Source: Bilabrum cf. latius
Lineage: Eukaryota
Reading direction: 5' to 3'
Length of the DNA stretch: 64,000 bases
Assembly: GCA_965178125.1 (NCBI GenBank)
Contig: OZ237751.1
Location: 930,001 to 994,000, forward strand
Below, one piece after another: positions 11,701 to 25,300 of this stretch. A program made the position numbers and the translations under genes. Position 1 is the first letter of the stretch, and each line of letters starts with the position of its first letter. The notes below the pieces were generated by a model. The model was not told the origin of the DNA and made no database searches. It was given only the letters and a program-made list of their open reading frames with translations.

Positions 11701-14700
11701 CTAGGTGCCCTGCCCTTGCCCTTGCCCTTGCCCTTGCTCTTCCTGCTGATTGAGCATTTTGCATTGGTCTTGGCACCGGTGCCACCCTTTGCACTGGCTG
11801 ATGCCTTCGCGCGTGGACCAGCGGCTGCTGCGGCGGATTCCTTCTGTGCCCGTGCCAGCTGCACCGCTTCTCGACTGGCCCTCCTCGAGCTACTCGCGCG
11901 CCGTGTGGCGTGCCTCTTGGAGCTGCCAGCTGGAGCGCTGCCCTCTTTTTCTTCTTTGTCTTCCTTTCCACTGTCATCATCACCTTCATCGTCCTCATCG
12001 CCGTGCGCACCAACATCGTCATCTGCCTTGTCTGCACCACTCTCTGCTGCCCCCTTCGAGCCCCGTGACTTGCGAGCGCTTGCACGGCCTCGCTTGACTG
12101 ACTTGGCTAGTGATGCTGCAGCTGCCCTCGCGTCCTCCTCTTCGTTGTTCCTCTCCTCCTGCTCGCCGGAGGTGTCATCGTCTGCATCTGTCATCGGTGC
12201 CGAGGCTGAGCTTGTGGCCTTGTCCTTGCCCTTGCCCTTAGCCTTTCTTTTGCTCTTGCCCTTAGCCTTTCCTTTGCTCTTGCTCTCGCTCTCGCTCTTG
12301 CTCTTGCTCGTGTTCTTGCCCTTGCCCTTTGCCTTCGCTCCACCCGATACGTTGGAAGCTGGAGCATCGACGCGATCGTCTTCTCCGTCCGGTTGCTGAT
12401 CCAAGTCCTCCTCTGTTGCGTCGTTGCCGTCCGCGTCACCGTCATCCATTGCCGGCTGAGCGTCCACGACAGCAGGAGATGTGTCCGGCTCGTCAGCCTA
12501 GTCTGGCTTGGCGGCATCGCTCTTGGCGGAGGCTTCAACCACTGCTTCTTCCTGCTCTTCCTCTTCATCCTCCATAGCTGCTGCCGTGTCTTTGTCGCCT
12601 GCACCCAGGAGTGCAGCCACCGATGCAGCCGACTCCAAGTTCCTCTTCGTCCTGCGGCTCAGGGGGACCAGTTGCATGGCCGCGACAGAGCTGCGGGTAC
12701 GACCTCTTGCCAGTGAAGAGGCGCCCACGGAGCCGCCTGACACGGACGAAACATCGTCGGCGATGGATCCCGCGCCAAGCCTCCCTCTAGGGACCGGGTC
12801 AGCGATCCCAGCATCCGCCGCATCGCTCGGCCGCAGCATGAGCGCCTGCACGCTGCTCTTGCTGCGGGGTGGGGCGCCTGCCGCAGAATCCGCTGAAGTT
12901 CCTCCTTGCTGAAGGCCGCTGGGGAACTCGTCCAAGCCGGATGCCATGGACGCCGAAGCGCTTTCTTGCGAAAGGCCGAGTGACACTTGGAAATGTGCGG
13001 CTCCGCCTGGCCCCCCCCTGTGTGCTGCCATGGCTTCTGCACGGACTCGGTGCATCTGTGCCAGTGCCTCGCTTGAGTTGTCCACCGTCTGTCTGACTGG
13101 AGGAGCAGAGGAGGAGGCGGAGGCGGAGGAGGAGGATGAGCCCGCGCTCGCGGCACCGCCTGTTGCTGCCCCGCTGGCAGATGCAGCAGCAGATGCAGCC
13201 GCCTGCTCCTCGCCGCCATCTTCCTCTCCTTGGTAGTGCTTCGCTCCCGTGATGGCATCGTACAATGCCCTGCAGCTGTCCTTGGTCGCCATGGTGAGCA
13301 CGATGGCGTCGGTGCTCCTGGCGGGGTCATAACCCAGCCCCTCGATGCTGGGCTGGATGACCACGTGCGTGGGCTGCACCCGGATCCCGATTGAGCCGTG
13401 GGTGAGGTCGCTCGTCAGCATGCGGATAATGAGCGAGCGCGTATCCTCGCTGATCTTGATCTCCCGGATGGAGGGCACGTGGATCCACGGCTGGACGTTC
13501 TGGACATCCACAGCGTCCGGGTCATCCACGCACAGCAGCACGCATGTCCCGCCCGCTGACATCCTCGCGGCGGGTGGCGGCTTCCCTTCGGCTCCGAATC
13601 CTCGCTGGGTCGCGCTGGGCGAGAAAATCTCGCGCTGCACCTGGTTGGGTCCTCCCGCCGCCCGAGTCTCCGGGCTCGAGTCGACGAGGACGGCGGCGTG
13701 CTATGCCGCGAACGCCCTGATGCCCAGGTCGTGCATGAGGTGGTGCACCTGCTGCATAGCCTCATTCTTGCTTTCCCTGAAGTCAGGCACGGAGCTAGAG
13801 TGCAGGAATGCATCTCGAACTGCCTCTCGCACCGCATCGATGGATCGCTCCAGGGTGGACTGAGAGGCACCCACAGCCGCCCCACCTGCTCCTGCTCCTG
13901 CTCCTGATGATGGGCCACTCCTTGCCGATGCTCCCCTGCGGATGCCCTCCACCATCGCGGCCTCCAGAGCCTCTACGCACGCTTCCTTGCCTGGAGACTT
14001 ATCCTTGACCGATGGTATCTTGAACAAGGCCGCAAAGGCGGCGTTGCAGACGAAATCGGCCATGCTCACATCTCCGCAGGCGATGAAGGACCCGAGGCAG
14101 CCGCCGAGTGCGCCGTGGAACTGCGGCTGGCAGGAAGGAGCCCGCAGCTTCTTCCTGGCTCTCTTCCAAAGCTTGGATTCCTTTGGCGTCCAGCAGGTTC
14201 CTGCCATCTTGTTGGTCGATAGGAAGACGAGGCTCACCATGTGAGCAGCAAGGACCGAGCCGAGAGTTTCGTTCGACATCGATGCGGCAATGCAAAGAAC
14301 CTGCTCGAGAATATTCTGCTGCTTAGCACTAGATCCATTGGAAGACGTAAACATGTCGTCCCTTGGCTTGTAAAAGGAGTGAAGATTGACTGTGCAAGCG
14401 CCGAGCAACTCCAACTTTTTGGCGCCCCATTCCTCGCTTCCCTCCTCAATCATCGACGTGAATCCTTGCGGGGCACACACGTCATTGATAAGACTAAGTA
14501 TAGTTGCAGCGAATGTAGGGTCCCATCGGTTCCCTCCGAGTCCATTCGATTGTATGGACTGGACTACTGGAACGACGAAGCTCTCCACGATCTGAATCTC
14601 CTTGGACACAGCCAAATAGCTGTCGGGACCCTTCTTCATAACAGACCGTACACAATTAACCAGTAAAGAAGCGTCCTAAAACCGATGCCTCCCTAAAAGG

Positions 14701-14864
14701 GAAACAAATACCCTGGAGAGCGGCTGCACGTCGGATGGGAGCAAATGCTCATCTCCTTCTGCCGCTGCAACAAGCGCAGACACGTAGTCAGCATGCGAGG
14801 AATCCTTCTGATGCAGTGCCTCTACTTGCTATACCCAGCTGGAAAGTTCACTTGTCTTCGCCAT
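8757..14864 (-). CDS. ~2035-aa protein: N-terminal helical domain, PH-like domain, long acidic/basic disordered region, C-terminal coiled coil
   Basis: Six listed ORFs (13701-14639, 12498-13640, 11034-12467, 9783-10427, 9183-9755, 8757-9116) are in one frame joined by TAGs. The frame extends up to ATG 14864 and ends at TGA 8757-8759. Confidence 0.7.
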
Positions 14865-14992
14865 TCTTGGAAAAATCGAGTGAGAGTTGCTCCACGATGG
14901 GCGAGCATCACGCGCGGTCGCAACCGAATGATCGGATCACTGGTCGCAGGTCGCGCGAAAGGCCAGCCCTCACAAAGCTACAGACTGTAGGC

Positions 14993-17008
14993 TTATACAA
15001 GCATCTCATCATCATCAGCTTCAGGATCTCTCGCGCAAATGTTCCTCATGATGTCCTCATCCTCACCTTCAGGCGGCGGAGGCAGCCGCCGCGTCCCGTC
15101 CGCCGGAACCACCCACACGACAGGCGAGCACATCTCGTCCCGAAGCCCCAGCCCGGATGTCGTTTCCTTGCCGTCTCCAAGTGTGCTGAACTCGCATTTT
15201 CCAACGAATTCGTCCCCTCTTTTGAATGGGATCGGCCGCACACGGACCACGGGGGTTGGCCTATCCATATCAATGCTCGCCCATGCCCCGTCGCCCTCGT
15301 CCACGCTCGCCCGCTCCGGCACCGGGCGAACATGCAGCAGAGGAGGCGAACATCCCCCAGAGCTCTGTATATGTTCCTCAATATTACCTCCCGGCGCGCT
15401 GCTCAAGCTGCAGGACGATCCCTCCCCGTCCCCATCCCCGCCCCGAAGCATCCCACCGCCACCGCGACCGCTGCTTGGCCGCATCCCAGCCGAAAGGACC
15501 GTGGCAGTGCTGGTAAGCGGACCCAGGCTCCCACCCGCCTCTAGGGCGCCCTGCCTGAGATCAGATCCCTCTACATCGCCCCATGACCCCGCTACCCCAG
15601 GAAAGTCAAATTCTGCCCGATGTCCTTTTTCTCCATCCTCCTCTTTCTCCTCCTTGGGGTGCTCGCTGCCTCCTCCACTATGCTGCAGCGAGGGGTACAG
15701 GAACGATTGTGCCCTCCCGTACCCCGGGAACCCCTCTATCCTGCCGATGCTGCCCACCGTCTGCCCGCCCCTCTGCACCTCCAGGGACACGTTCCTTCCC
15801 TTTAAATGGGCATGCAAGTGGAAGGCAAAGACCCAGGCGGTGCCGTGACCCAGTTGGAAGGCCTTGTCCAGCACGCGGTCCGTGCGCTCGCTCGGGCAGC
15901 GAAACCCACCGGTTGCGCGGCTTGATGACCCGGGCAGCCGGAAGCTCTCGTCCGACATGCCGAGCATCATGGCGTCGTGCTCTCGCAGCTGCTCGGTCGC
16001 GACCAGGTCTATACCGGAAGTGTCCAGGTAGCCCTGCCCCGGCATTTGCCCTGGAGGCAGGAGGGCAGGGAGGTAGTGAGTCTCCAGCGTGATGAACCGG
16101 AACGGGCTGCTCCTAGCATTGGATGGTTTAGCCTAGCTACCATATGCATGATGTCTTTGGTTTGTATCCCCGGCGGCGGCAGTTCCGTCGAGCTGTTCTA
16201 CACCCGATCCCCCGATGAGCACTCCCGCTTCGTCCGGCAGCACGAATGCCCTTGCTCCCCTGTCGTGGGTGAGCAGCAGCTAGGTGCACCAGCGGTCCGG
16301 TCCTACCTGGTCGCAAGAGAAGGGAGTCCCCACTGGGTGTTTTGGGTGCTTGGACTCGCACAGCTGCAGCGTCATGTGGTGCACCGCCCCGAGCACTGGG
16401 TCCAGGGGGATGCTGGACTGACCAACGCGTACTGAGCTGGGCCCTCGTGCATTCCCAGACGAGTTTAAATTTGGAAGCCTGGTGATTCTGGGCTCCATCC
16501 GCGTGATGTGCATGGGAGGCAGGCTGCCCAAATCGTACTGCGTGCACACCACGGCGTACTCGCTGGTTCGAGGCAGCGTGCGCACGATTCCGTCCAAAAC
16601 TCTGCGTCCATCGTCCGATGTAGTGTATGTATAGCTTCCGTTTCTTTCGTCTCCTTTCTTTGGCCAGATGTCCACGCCTCCCGTGGATAGCCGCAGCCGA
16701 ACCAGGCGCTCAAGCTAGCCGTCCGAGGCCCGCCGCGAGAACCCGCCTTCACTTACAGATATGCCAAAACCATGAGACATTTGCTGGATAAACTTATTCG
16801 TATTATACGTTACATTGTGGATATACTTGGGCGTTGGTGGGCGATAAGGGGCCTGCCAAAAGACGTGCTCAGTTCCGATGGTGCGAACTGGCTGTGTAGC
16901 TGACGAGCTCTCCACCATCCATAACGAGACCATTCCGAGAGACACGAGCCCTATTACCATAGTCAGTACCAAACGAACCCGGATTCTCTTCAGCGCATCC
17001 CCATTCAT
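14993..17008 (-). CDS. Copper type II ascorbate-dependent monooxygenase (DBH/PHM/MOXD1-like) with an N-terminal membrane anchor, 671 aa
   Basis: Motifs AVHHM and LETHY (CuH ligands), FHLHAH and DEMC (CuM ligands). Three in-frame TAG (16715, 16280, 16133); ends at TAA 14993-14995. Confidence 0.85.
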
Positions 17009-17143
17009 CGCGGGGGGTCTGCAGGGCGTTCGACCTCATCAACTACTAGCCAGGCTCAGAGTGCAGTGCAACCGAGACGCGCGGCTCAAAACTCGGCCAG
17101 TCACACTGTCGCCATTCCAATCGAATTCTTAAAGCATTCCAGC

Positions 17144-19346
17144 ATGCACAAATACACTGTCCTAGCGGTGGTCGCGGTTAGCGCAGTTCTAGGAGAGGTT
17201 CGGCTGCCAAAAATTTACGCCAATCACATGGTTCTTCAGTACGAGTGAGCTAAGCAGTTTACTGCCTTTGCCGCAGCCATCCCTCCTAATACTAATGATG
17301 TGATTTTTTTTATTGCATTGCCGCAGCTCTCCAACCGTATTTGGCTGGGCGGATCCCGGTTCAACAGTTGATGTTGCGTATCACTGTTCGTATCGAGGGC
17401 TGAATACTACCGTATCTGCGACAGCAGCTGCCGGTTCTGGGCGGTTTTCAGCTTCAATCTCTCCACAGGGGGAATCCTAGTCTGCTGAGGACTCGTGCAC
17501 TGTCACTGTGAGCCAGGTGGGCAGCAGTCTGAACGCAGTTCTGGCCGACGTCCTGTTTGGCACCGTCATTGTCGCCAGCGGACAATCCAACATGGAGTTC
17601 ACCGTGCCAACAATATTTGGAGGACAAGACATAGTGCACAACGCCTCGCTGTCGTCGATCCCCACTCTCCGTCTGCTAACAGTCGCCAAGATCCCGAGCA
17701 GCACCCCTTTGGACGACGTGCAGGGGCTCGAGCACTCGTGGGCGGCCTCCAGCCCGGCCACCATATGCGGGTTCAACGAGAGCGATCCGCAGCAGGACTC
17801 CTACTGTGTGCCCCACTGCGGCCCCTCCAGCGTTGTTCCCTCGTTCAAGCGACCGACCTGGGGGTATTTCAGCGCGATGGGGTGGCTCACCGGCCGCCAG
17901 CTCATGCTCGCCCACGGGCTCAAGACCGTCGGGGTGGTTGCAACCTCCTGGGGGGGCACCAAGATCGAGCTGTGGTCTGACCCGGAGTCCCTGGCTCAAT
18001 GCGCTGGCTCTGGCATCTCGGGGGACGCAACTCACGAGGACAGCACCTCCTCACCGCTCACCTCTTACGAATAGGAGCAGGCAGAGTCTCGGTCACCCGG
18101 AGCCACGGTCGTGGGGTACGGAACCTCGGATCGCGCGGCGCCGGAGGCCCTCGCCGGCGTTGGCCCTAGCGAGCTGTACAACGGGATGCTGCACCCACTG
18201 CTCGGCATGCCAGTCCGGGGGTTCCTCTGGTACCAGGGCGAGGCGAACTCAGGGAACACAGGGGAGGCCACCAAGTACGCCTGCCAGCTGCCCGCCATGG
18301 TGACGAGCTGGAGGCAGGGGTGGGTTTCGAACCCAGGGAACAGGAGGGAAACGGAGGGGACGCCCTTCGTGGCGGTGCAGCTGGCGCCGTGGGTGACGGG
18401 CGTGTCGGTGGCCGACCTGAGGCTGTCCCAGTACAATGTGACGAGTGCGGGGCCGGGGGCCTCCTGGATCCCGGCCATCGACCGCAGGGACCCGGAGTCT
18501 CCCTGCGGCGACGTGCACGTCCGCGGCAAGCTGCAGCTCGGGTAGAGGGTAGCCGCTCGCCTGGCCGCCTCCTGGGGGCTGGGGAACAACGACCCCAAGG
18601 TGGGGTGGGGGATGGGGCCTCTGCCCTCCGGTGCCGCCGTGGTGGACGCATCCCGAGCCGGTAGGGAGCAAGGAAACCAAGGCGTGGCGAGTGCGGCAAC
18701 CGTGGAGGTGTCGCTGTCGATTCACGTGCCCGACCAGCTGCCCCTGCGTCTCGTCGCCGTGCAGAACCAGACCGTGCCCGCGCCCAACACGCCCCCCATG
18801 ACCGAGATCCTGGTCGCAAGCAATACGCATGCAATTTCGTCTCCGTCTTCGTCATCTTCGCGGATGGGGGGATTGCGCGGGGAAGCGGCTGCCGGTGCGG
18901 GCGATAGCTCTAGTTCAACCGAAGGCTCCACCGGGCCAACCTACGCGTGGCAGGAGGCCGATGCAACGCTTGTGCAGGCCTCGCATGGCGGTGTGACGAG
19001 TGATGGCTCACCGGCCGGCAAGCTCGTGGTGTAGGTGCCTGCCGGCGTGGACGCGCAGAGCGTGGTCGGAGTGAGGTACGCCTGGTCGTGCGTGCCCCAG
19101 GGCGAGCAGGTGATGGACGCGGGGCTGGTGCCCATGGGCCCGTGGGCGTTTCTGGCGCCTGGGGTGTCATCGTCGTCGTTCTCGTCCTCGCCATGGTTTA
19201 GTCCCAGCTCTTCTGCGGTTGAGAGTGGCGGTTCTTAGGTTGCTGCAGGGGAGGAGACTGCGGGCGGCAGATTGGAGCTGGTGGCGGCAGTGCCCGGCGT
19301 GGCGCTGCCTGGGACCAACAGCGACCTCCAGAAAATCTGCAAGTGA
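17144..19346 (+). CDS. SIAE: Secreted sialate O-acetylesterase (SASA/SGNH family), ~706 aa; intron 17245-17326
   Basis: Signal peptide, then LPKIYANHMVLQ, FGWADPG, ASGQSNM, WGGTKIELW, LYNGMLHPL, WYQGEAN, DVH and VRYAW. Five in-frame TAG; ends at TGA 19344-19346. Confidence 0.88.
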
Positions 19347-19593
19347 CAGAGAATGAAAGCGCTGCTATCTGGAGGGGCAGGCCAGTCTAGCTCTTTCTCG
19401 GTGTCCGTTGGACACTGCATGCTCGACCCGCTGGCGAAATAGCACTGCTCTGCACGTCAATTCCTAATTTCTAACCATCGCACATCCAGGATCGCATCAC
19501 ATTTTCCTGGGCTACAAACGTGACGACCTGAACAACAGAAATCGAAAGCCGTGACTAATAACTAGTCCCTCGAGCGCCTGAATCGAGGCAGCA

Positions 19594-21990
19594 ATGGCTG
19601 ACAGACCCGGGCCGCCAACCAAAGATGCTGGATCGCGTGGATGCTGCGGGAAGCAGTGCGTTATCGAGTACGCATTGTTCACCAGCGTGTTTATATTTGG
19701 GTCTATACTAACAGTATCATTGTCATCGCTGGTAAGTTTGCGCATCGAAGCGTCGGGAGACCTGTGCGAAACTGCCAAGGCTGGAGTGTCCAAATGCACG
19801 CGTGCCTTGGCTGTGCCAATTACTACCCTTACGCTGCTTTTTGTTGGAATGTCAGCTTCAGCACCACTAGGAATCATCTGGTGGGCAGTATTTGGTCCAG
19901 CTAGCGAGACAGCAGCAGAATCGAGAACGAAGTCGGGGGTCCGGCTCGCTCAGCCAAGCGCGAGGTCGGGCGGTGGCGTTCCACCTCTCATTAATTCTGC
20001 AATCAACGAGAGAGAGAGCAGCGGAATACTTTCTACTGCCACACCTCCAGTAGTGGTTCCAGTGTCTGTTGACCAGAGATCGGAGGGTGGGCCAGTCAAC
20101 AAGGCCGCTGATGTCATCACTGAGGTACCGAGCGGCACGTGCTGCACTTGCCTGCCAGAGTGCATCGCGCCACCTGAGGGCCCCCTGTGGACCTGGCCCA
20201 GCGGGTGCATCGCACTGCAGAGCCTTGTGCTCGCTTCGTTCTTCGACATGGCCGCTAGTCTCCTCTTCGTGATCGCGTACGTCTGGCTGCCCGCCTCCGT
20301 GGTGAGCGCCACTCGAGGGCTCCGGATGCCGTTCACGGCCATCCTAGGGGTGGCGGCGGCCACTGGATGCGGGTGCATGCCCTGCTGTGGCGGCACATAG
20401 CAGACGAATGCAATTAGGGGGCAGAGGGCCGCGGACGGTCCCGCCCCGGGTGCCGATCCATCACAAGCAACACCCGCCGGGATCGGACCCAGGCACGAGG
20501 GAACATCCCACCGGGGGGCCAGGCCAGGGGAACAAGACGCATACTTGCCTCTCCTAGCTGTCGATGATGTCGCTCGTCACACAATTGGGACAGGCGGTGG
20601 AGACAGGAGGCTAGACCCACGACAACAGCCGGTCGCTGCGGATCCAATGTCCCCGACCAACGAGGGGTATCAGGCCAGGAGGTCAGGTGGACGTTAGCTC
20701 ACAGATGGCGTGACGAGTGCAATGTACAGCTCACGCAAAGCAGAATCTGAAGGCCGCTGCTGTTGTCCTCGGGGCGGCTCAGCCGACGTGTGCTGGCGCA
20801 GCATGGTGCGGGTGCTTGCTCAGAGCGCCGACAGCAGCGGCATGACATCGACGGAGTGGTGGTTCCAAGGACTGGGCGTGCTTGGGATTGTAATGGTGAT
20901 GACGAGTGCAACCATTGCGGCTGCTGCTACGGGTGACACAAAGGGCGGGGCCAGTGGGGGTGGAGGGGGCAACGATTCGGTGACGGAGACTGCAACCAGT
21001 GCAAGCGGCTGGCAGTGGCCCGGTCTGGAAGTACAAGAGCATCACGGTGCTCATTGGTTTACTGGCGTAGATGGTCACGGCGAGCGCTAGACATTGAATG
21101 TATTGCTGACTGATACAGGCAGCGACAATGCGGATGCAGACCCATATGCGCTGGCTGTGCCACCTGCGGCACTGGCTGCGCTGGGGCTGCTGCTGGTGCT
21201 GGGCGGCGTGGTGGTGGCAAGTCTGCAGGGCGTGCTGGAGCAGGGTCTTATGGAGGCATCCACCGGTGGATTGGACGAGGGTGATCAGGACATTGGCGGT
21301 GATTGGTCGAACGGAGATAGAATACAAGAGGGGATGGACCCAAGTAAACCGGTAGAGGCCGCCCTTGACTCGAGTCAGCTGGGGGGCGCAGGGGCCGCGC
21401 ACCTGCTCGACTCATGCGGTGACTCGAGTGACGTCAGTGTGCGGCGGGTCGCCATCGACCGTCGTGCGCTCGACCACACCCTCGGGTCCTACTCCACCCT
21501 GTTCTCTCTGGTGGTCGAGGGGCTCTCGGGGTCCATCATGTGCGCGGTGCTGCTGGCGGTGGCAAACAACGTGAGGACCAGCAGCGGGGACAAGTGGGAG
21601 GACCTGGATCTAGTGACGTATGCTTGGAAGCACGATCCGAGGGTTGTCAAACTGGCGCTCATCATCGCGCTGGTGCTGGTGCCCGGATTCAGCGCCTCCA
21701 TCTTCGCCATGGCCCGGTTTGGGGGCCACAACTTCAGGTCATTCGCGCTGTTTGCCAGGACAGCAGCCACGCTGGCAATCGAGAAGACGGCCTGGGCCGT
21801 GGAGCACGCAGAGGGCCACACAGGCGGGTCCGGCGCTGGGCGGCCCAGCGGTGGATGGCTGTTCCCTGGGACCCCGTGGAATCGGTGGACCTGGCTGGAG
21901 GTGGGCGGGCTGGTGCTGGTGCTGTGCGCTGGGTTCGGGGGTCAGTGGGCGAGAGGGCGGCGGATGGAGCGGGGTGGCGAGGCGTAGTGA
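19594..21990 (+). CDS. SLC35/DMT-like multi-pass membrane transporter with long hydrophilic insertions, 798 aa
   Basis: Multiple TM helices, including SFFDMAASLLFVIAYVWLPASVVSATRGLRMPFTAIL and LVVEGLSG. ORFs are joined in frame by TAG (20398, 20695, 21088); the gene ends TAG-TGA at 21985-21990. Confidence 0.7.
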
Positions 21991-22373
21991 GCGGACATGG
22001 CTTAAGGTCGGTGTCGAATGATTGCTCGGCTGCTGCGGAGCATTTGGATGTGTTTGCAAGTCCCTGTTTGAGAGCTTGGCCTCAGTTGGAGCGGATCTGG
22101 TGATCTGAGTGCACCTGCCACTGGTGTTCTGCAAGCCTGATAAGGACTGGATATCTAGATCGGCCTAATACTTTGCAAGGAATCGCTGAACCGTAGAGGT
22201 GGGCGCGTTCTCGACAAATTGACCATTTTGGAATTTTGGAATTGTTGGGTGCTATTCAAACGAAGCCAGATCAACACTGTCAATCCATCGTCTAAATTCA
22301 AATCGAGCATTATTGTGAAATTGGTGTTCCAGCTTTCTATCAGCCTTCTATAACCAATTAAAGTTGATAATCC

Positions 22374-25300
22374 ATGGCGACTTCAGGCGCAGATAGCGGC
22401 GCCGGTCGAAGCGATTCGACCCCACGGCAGAACTTGGAATCAAACGCGCCGGACCTTCCAGCAGGCGTGATCGAGGTCTACCACATGACCAAGACTGGGA
22501 CTAGTGCATAGCGTCATTCATTTGCGATGCTCTTGCTGGATCGGTGCGTAAAACCATCCAGTGGTAGAGGCGTGCACATGCAACACGGACACAGAGCTGT
22601 GTTTCGCGTGGCGATTCCCGCGAGCAAAACCGGTGCTGGTGGTGGCAGTGCCTCTGCTGCTCCTGTTCACATTGCAATTAGGACTGTTTTCAACGTGGCA
22701 CTGTCCACATCCAAGGTCGCAGCTTTGGAATTGAAGAAAGAAGTCGATAGTCTTGTCCCGTTACCAGAGCATCGCAACCTGGCACGCGTTATATTCGAGT
22801 GCGTGTGCAAACCCCCCCTTTGGATGGTGGAGATGCTGCCTGATCCGAGTGCAGTGTGCTTTGACGCTGGTAACGAGGATGGCGATGCCGGGGCGGAGGG
22901 TTTGCGACCAGCTGGTGCCGCTCCCCGGCGGCCCCGCGAGGCCCGGATGGTGGGTATGGAGCTGTTCGAGAGAACGCTGCGTGACCACCTGGAGATCATG
23001 GAGGGGGATGAGCCGGGGTCCATGCCTGATGATGTGCTGGTGCAGCTGTCCAGCGACATCACGGAGGGCGTGCACCACCTCCTGCAGCACGGGGTGGTGC
23101 ACCGTGACCTGAATCTGGACAACGTGATGTGGGACTCGAAGGGGGGTCCAAAGGGCGTGGGTCGGGCGGTACTGACCAGTCTCGGGAGCTCGCTGCGTGT
23201 GTATGTGGTCGATGCTACGTCACCATCAGCCGTAATTGCTGGTGCTGCTGCCGCTGAAAGTGTCGGCATTGCCCCTTCGTCCAGCGTGGAGGAGGCACTT
23301 GAGTAGGTCACGTACCGGTAGTTGAAGGATGGAGGTGGCGGCCTGGGCGGCAATCCGGCCCATCTGGCTCCTGAGGTGCTGGACGGGTGGTACAGGGGGT
23401 CCAAACCAGGAGGGGAAGACGAGGAGGTGCCATTCGGAAAGCAGGCCTCATGGGAGCTTGGCGTGCTGCTGTACGAGCTGGCCACGGGAGGGCAGCACCC
23501 GTTCGGGGACTCGTATCCTGGTGAGCTGCAGGACGGGAGCGAGACTAGGCCTGGCGAGCTGGCAGCTGGATTGCATGCATGTGAAGCTCCAATGGCAGGT
23601 CATGATGTGCTGTCGAAGCGTCCTCCTTCGTATGCACGTACCTTGCGTGGCCTGCTGTGTGTCGATCCTGGGGATCGGGTGAGCGTGGTAGAGGCTTAGC
23701 GCGAGCTGCAATCTCTGTATATTGGAACACTGCTGCCAGCCTTGCTTGCTGGTGGGTCCGAGTGCGAGTCAGCGGTGGTCAGCGTGAGGGAAGTGGTGGA
23801 CGGGCTGGTGGGCAAGGGGGACTGGGATGGGGTGTATCGTGTGCTGTGGCAGCTGCGGATGGAATATGGCGTACATCTAGTGGACGATATGGTGGATTCG
23901 ACCCGACAGCTGCTCGATTATATCCATGATACCATCACTGAGCACGTGATGTCCGACTCGGGCGAGCTGGTCAGGATCGTGACAAGACTCGGATCAGAAG
24001 GGGGGATGGATGCCGAGTTGGCGGCATTCTTGGTTTCTCGTATATGTTTAGAACATGACTCATATCGATGCCATGTGGTGGATGCGGGTGCATTGTGCGG
24101 ACTGGTGGCATTGCTTGGATCGGGCAAAGGCAGCGAGGCGGAGGAAGCGGCTGGAGCGCTTTGGAATATCGCTGCGGGATCGGGTGATCAGAAGCAGGCC
24201 GTGGTGGATGCGGGCGCACTGGGCGGACTGGTGGCATTGCTTGAATCGGACAAGGGCGAAGAGGCGGAGAACGCGGCTGGAGCGCTTTGGAATATTGCCG
24301 ATGGATCGGATGATCAGAAGCAGGCCGTGGTGGATGCAGGTGCACTGGGCGGGCTGGTAGCATTGCTTGGGTCCGGCAAAGGCAGGGAGGAGGCGGAAGC
24401 GGCTGGAGCGCTGGGGAATATCGCTGCGGGATCGGGTGATCAGAAGCAGGCCGTGGTGGATGCGGGCGCATTGGGCGGACTGGTGGCATTGCTTGAATCG
24501 GACAAGGGCGAAGAGGCGGAGAACGCGGCTGGAGCGCTTAGAAATATCGCTGCGGGATCGGGTGATCAGAAGCAGGCCCTTGTGGATGCAGGTGCACTGG
24601 GCGGGCTGGTGGCATTGCTTGAATCGGACGAGGGCAGCGAGGCGGAGGAAGCGGCTGGAGTGCTTGGGAATATCGCTGCGGGATCAGAGGATCAGAAGCA
24701 GGCCGTGGTGGATGCAGGTGCACTGGGCGGGCTGGTAGCATTGCTTGGATCGGACGAGGGCGAGGAGGCTGAGCTTGCTGCTTGGGCGCTTAGGAATATC
24801 GCTGCGGGATCGGATGATCAGAAGCAGGCCGTGGTGGATGCGGGCGCATTGGGCGGGCTGGTAGCATTGCTTGAATCGGACAAGGGCGAGGAGGCGGAGA
24901 ACGCGGCTGGAGCGCTTAGGAATATCGCTGCGGGATCGGATGATCTGACGCAGGCCGTGGTGGATGCGGGCGCACTTGGCGGACTGGTGGCATTGCTTGG
25001 ATCGGGCAAGGGCGAGGAGGCGGAGAACGCGGCTGGAGCGCTTAGGAATATCGCTGCTGTATCGGATGATCAGCGGCAGGCCGTGGTGGATGCAGGTGCA
25101 CTGGGCGGGCTGGTTGCATTGCTGGGATCGGGCAAGGGCGAAAAGGCGGAGCGCGCTGCTGGGGCGCTTTGGAATATCGCTGCGGGATCGAATGATCAGA
25201 AGCAGGCCGTGGTAGATGCGGGCGTGCTGGGCGGACTGGTGGCATTGCTTGGATCGGACAAGGGCAGCGAGGCGGAGGAAGCGGCTGGAGTGCTTGGGAA

